From a virus (lineage: Duplodnaviria > Caudoviricetes): a stretch of 28,376 nucleotides of DNA. Location: positions 1-28,376 of IMG/VR virus record IMGVR_UViG_3300012953_000160. The stretch is one strand, 5' to 3'. This document shows positions 26,590 through 28,376 of this stretch, in pieces (within the stretch, counting starts at the first letter, position 1; each line of letters begins with the position of its first letter). The translations under genes were made by a program, and so were the position numbers. The notes under the pieces were generated by a model. That model was not told the origin of the DNA, made no database searches, and saw nothing but the letters and a program-made list of their open reading frames with translations.

Positions 26590-26624
26590 ATTATAACACA
26601 AAAAAAGACCCCTGTGTAGGGGTC
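26590..26624 (-). terminator. Terminator hairpin fused to an extended -10 promoter
   Basis: GACCCC-TACACA-GGGGTC-TTTTTTT, then G-TGT-TATAAT (26590-26598). Confidence 0.8.
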
Positions 26625-26631
26625 AATTAAA

Positions 26632-26808
26632 TTACTGGAACATTTCGCTACATATTCTCCTACATTGATTTGGATGCGAATTGTCTGTTGTACATTCGAT
26701 TAAGCAATCGAAGTAATCGTTTTGAAGATCATCCGTATCTGCACTTGAGAGCGTGTTATCGTTGAAATGATATGATGTCATTTGATTGATTGAGAGTATA
26801 TTGTGCAT
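26632..26808 (-). CDS. Small Cys-motif protein (58 aa; DYFDCLIEC...QCRRIC)
   Basis: Manual translation MHNILSINQMTSYHFNDNTLSSADTDDLQNDYFDCLIECTTDNSHPNQCRRICSEMFQ; ends just before the terminator. Confidence 0.75.
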   Translation of the reverse strand: MHNILSINQMTSYHFNDNTLSSADTDDLQNDYFDCLIECTTDNSHPNQCRRICSEMFQ

Positions 26809-26939
26809 TAGATGATGGGGTAAATGTGTACTATTCCATTACGACTAAGTTAGGGAACATTTTTCTTTCCTCCACATTCTACACTATTATTTACTATAAT
26901 GGTATGTTTTGGAACCCTAATTGTTGCAAGAATTAATGC

Positions 26940-27131
26940 CTACCTCTCTACTCTCCACTCTGGGTCATTAGTTGGATGTACCCAAAATTCTATCCCTGTA
27001 GTAGGATTTCTAATTTTCCATTTGTCTTGACGTTCTGCAATCCACATGTTAGGGTCTCTCCTCATATGATAGACAAACATTTCTCTTGCTTTTCTTGTTT
27101 TAGGATAAACCCTAATTCTACCACTCTGCAT
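26940..27131 (-). CDS. Hypothetical protein
   Basis: ORF track; VYPKTRKA...FWVHPTNDPEW segment. Confidence 0.7.
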   Translation of the reverse strand: MQSGRIRVYPKTRKAREMFVYHMRRDPNMWIAERQDKWKIRNPTTGIEFWVHPTNDPEWRVER

Positions 27132-27134
27132 TTG

Positions 27135-27224
27135 TCAAGTAAGATATTGTATCGTCTTGACTACCAAGTACAGAAGAGACCCAATCCTCTTCCCTCTCTT
27201 GAGTTTTTTCTTGTCTTGTGTCAT
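27135..27224 (-). CDS. Possible micro-ORF (29 aa)
   Basis: GAGG then MTQDKKKLKRGKRIGSLLYLVVKTIQYLT; fills the gap. Confidence 0.4.
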   Translation of the reverse strand: MTQDKKKLKRGKRIGSLLYLVVKTIQYLT

Positions 27225-27232
27225 AATCAACC

Positions 27233-27433
27233 TCAAGGTAGTTTTTTCTCTTCATAACCGAATCCTCCGTTTTGGAATTGACGTTCTTCCTCTGCTTCTA
27301 CCCTAAGTTTCCTTAGAGCAGTTTTCAGTTTATGCAATTCCTCACTATCGTATAGTGATGGGTCTTGCTCACTCTTTTTGAGTGCGTGTTTTAAGAGTCT
27401 GATTTGACCCTTACTGCTGAAGAACTTTCTCAT
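27233..27433 (-). CDS. Hypothetical protein
   Basis: ORF track; LYDSEEL...MK-like...GFG pattern. Confidence 0.7.
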   Translation of the reverse strand: MRKFFSSKGQIRLLKHALKKSEQDPSLYDSEELHKLKTALRKLRVEAEEERQFQNGGFGYEEKKLP

Positions 27434-28089
27434 TATAGTATGTCCATGTCTTTACCTGTTGCTTTAGTAGACTGTTTGTCAACTGGCACAGGTGTGATTT
27501 TAAAGTTTGCACTAAATGTAATGCGTTCTTCAGTTCCTTTATGAGGTGATACAAAATGTAGATAATGAGATGGGAACATTAATATATCACCATCCTTCAC
27601 CTTTGGAATAGTTAACTGTTCATCAGGTGTATTTAATACCTTATCAATTCCAAGTATTCTAATATGTGAAAATTCATTATTATAGAATCTAAAACCTGAG
27701 TCTGACTCATCAGCAAGTTTATAGAAATATACCATGCTGATATTTGTACCATCAGAATCACTATGGTCATGTGTCTCTTGATAATCTTGTGGTTGATATT
27801 TATTTGCCCAACTATTTTGCATAGTAATGTCAACGTCAACCTTAGTGCCGACCTCTTGAACAAATTTATCCATAGTTGGTTTAATACATTTTAACCATGA
27901 ATGCCATAAAGTCATTGTATTGTTTTCATGTCCCCATGATGATTTGACTGCACAATTCCAACCTTTTGGTTTAAGGAAATTGTCGTCATTATTTAAAAAG
28001 TCGCTAAAAAGTTCTTTAGTTGTTTCTTGATCTTCTTTTGATAAAGTATCATGAAAAAACCATTTAGGACTAAACACTTGTACTGTCAT
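27433..28089 (-). CDS. Putative 2OG-Fe(II) oxygenase (TIGR02466-like)
   Basis: SWANKY...QETHDH...ISMVYFY...GDILMFPSHYLHFVSPH...ERITFSAN. Confidence 0.88.
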   Translation of the reverse strand: MTVQVFSPKWFFHDTLSKEDQETTKELFSDFLNNDDNFLKPKGWNCAVKSSWGHENNTMTLWHSWLKCIKPTMDKFVQEVGTKVDVDITMQNSWANKYQPQDYQETHDHSDSDGTNISMVYFYKLADESDSGFRFYNNEFSHIRILGIDKVLNTPDEQLTIPKVKDGDILMFPSHYLHFVSPHKGTEERITFSANFKITPVPVDKQSTKATGKDMDIL

Positions 28090-28283
28090 TGATGTTTATA
28101 AAGGTCTTTTAAGTGTAATGCTTCAGTTATCTCTTCTATATCTTTCATTTTCTTTTCATACTCATTAAATGGTATTGCACCATCACGAAAATACTGCTTT
28201 TGCAGTTGACATACATACATGATTAATGAGTCTTTGACTATTAATTTCTGTTTGTGATCTAAAATAGCACTATGAACTATCAT
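28086..28283 (-). CDS. Hypothetical protein
   Basis: ORF track; ATGA overlaps on both sides. Confidence 0.7.
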   Translation of the reverse strand: MIVHSAILDHKQKLIVKDSLIMYVCQLQKQYFRDGAIPFNEYEKKMKDIEEITEALHLKDLYKHQ

Positions 28284-28376
28284 TTTCGTAATGTTTTAAC
28301 GTACTCTATCATTTTATCACGTATCTCCATCATTTCAAGGTAACATCCTTGATTGTATGCACATGCACGTAATTTA
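28280..28376 (-). CDS. Hypothetical protein, partial (5' end beyond window)
   Basis: Open frame ...KLRACAYNQGCYLEMMEIRDKMIEYVKTLRK* overlapping the next ATG. Confidence 0.6.
   Translation of the reverse strand, partial: KLRACAYNQGCYLEMMEIRDKMIEYVKTLRK

Noticed and set aside
14102-27863. Remaining plus-strand and nested ORF-track calls (e.g. 14260, 15084, 21308, 21641, 22725, 23583, 23622, 24239, 26976, 27633)
   Set aside because: Antisense to or out of frame with tightly coupled minus-strand genes; 23622-23828 runs through a terminator, a promoter and the helicase start.

Overview
AT-rich, essentially all-minus-strand segment of a T4-like marine cyanomyophage (Prochlorococcus/Synechococcus-type; inferred from gene content and order). 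Left half: late baseplate genes gp25, gp6 and a giant (>3583 aa, runs off the left edge, absent from the ORF track) gp7-like wedge protein with YHYH-like, beta-propeller and LamG-like domains. Middle: 2OG-Fe(II) oxygenase, cupin and many tiny hypothetical genes. 16.6-24.0 kb: a hypervariable array of small-gene modules, each headed by the same element, a dyad TGTGCCA(S)T-N6-A(S)TGGCACA placed 28-30 nt upstream of a TATAAT box and an A/C-rich leader (10 copies found, two hidden inside gene 3' ends). One copy drives an ORF-less, multi-hairpin ~150-195 nt RNA candidate (23775-23968). A two-fold symmetric RNA/DNA element lies at 20059-20124. Right: SF2 helicase, a putative endonuclease plus two DNA methyltransferases, and a second 2OG-Fe(II) oxygenase. 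Everything was read by eye; no database searches were run.
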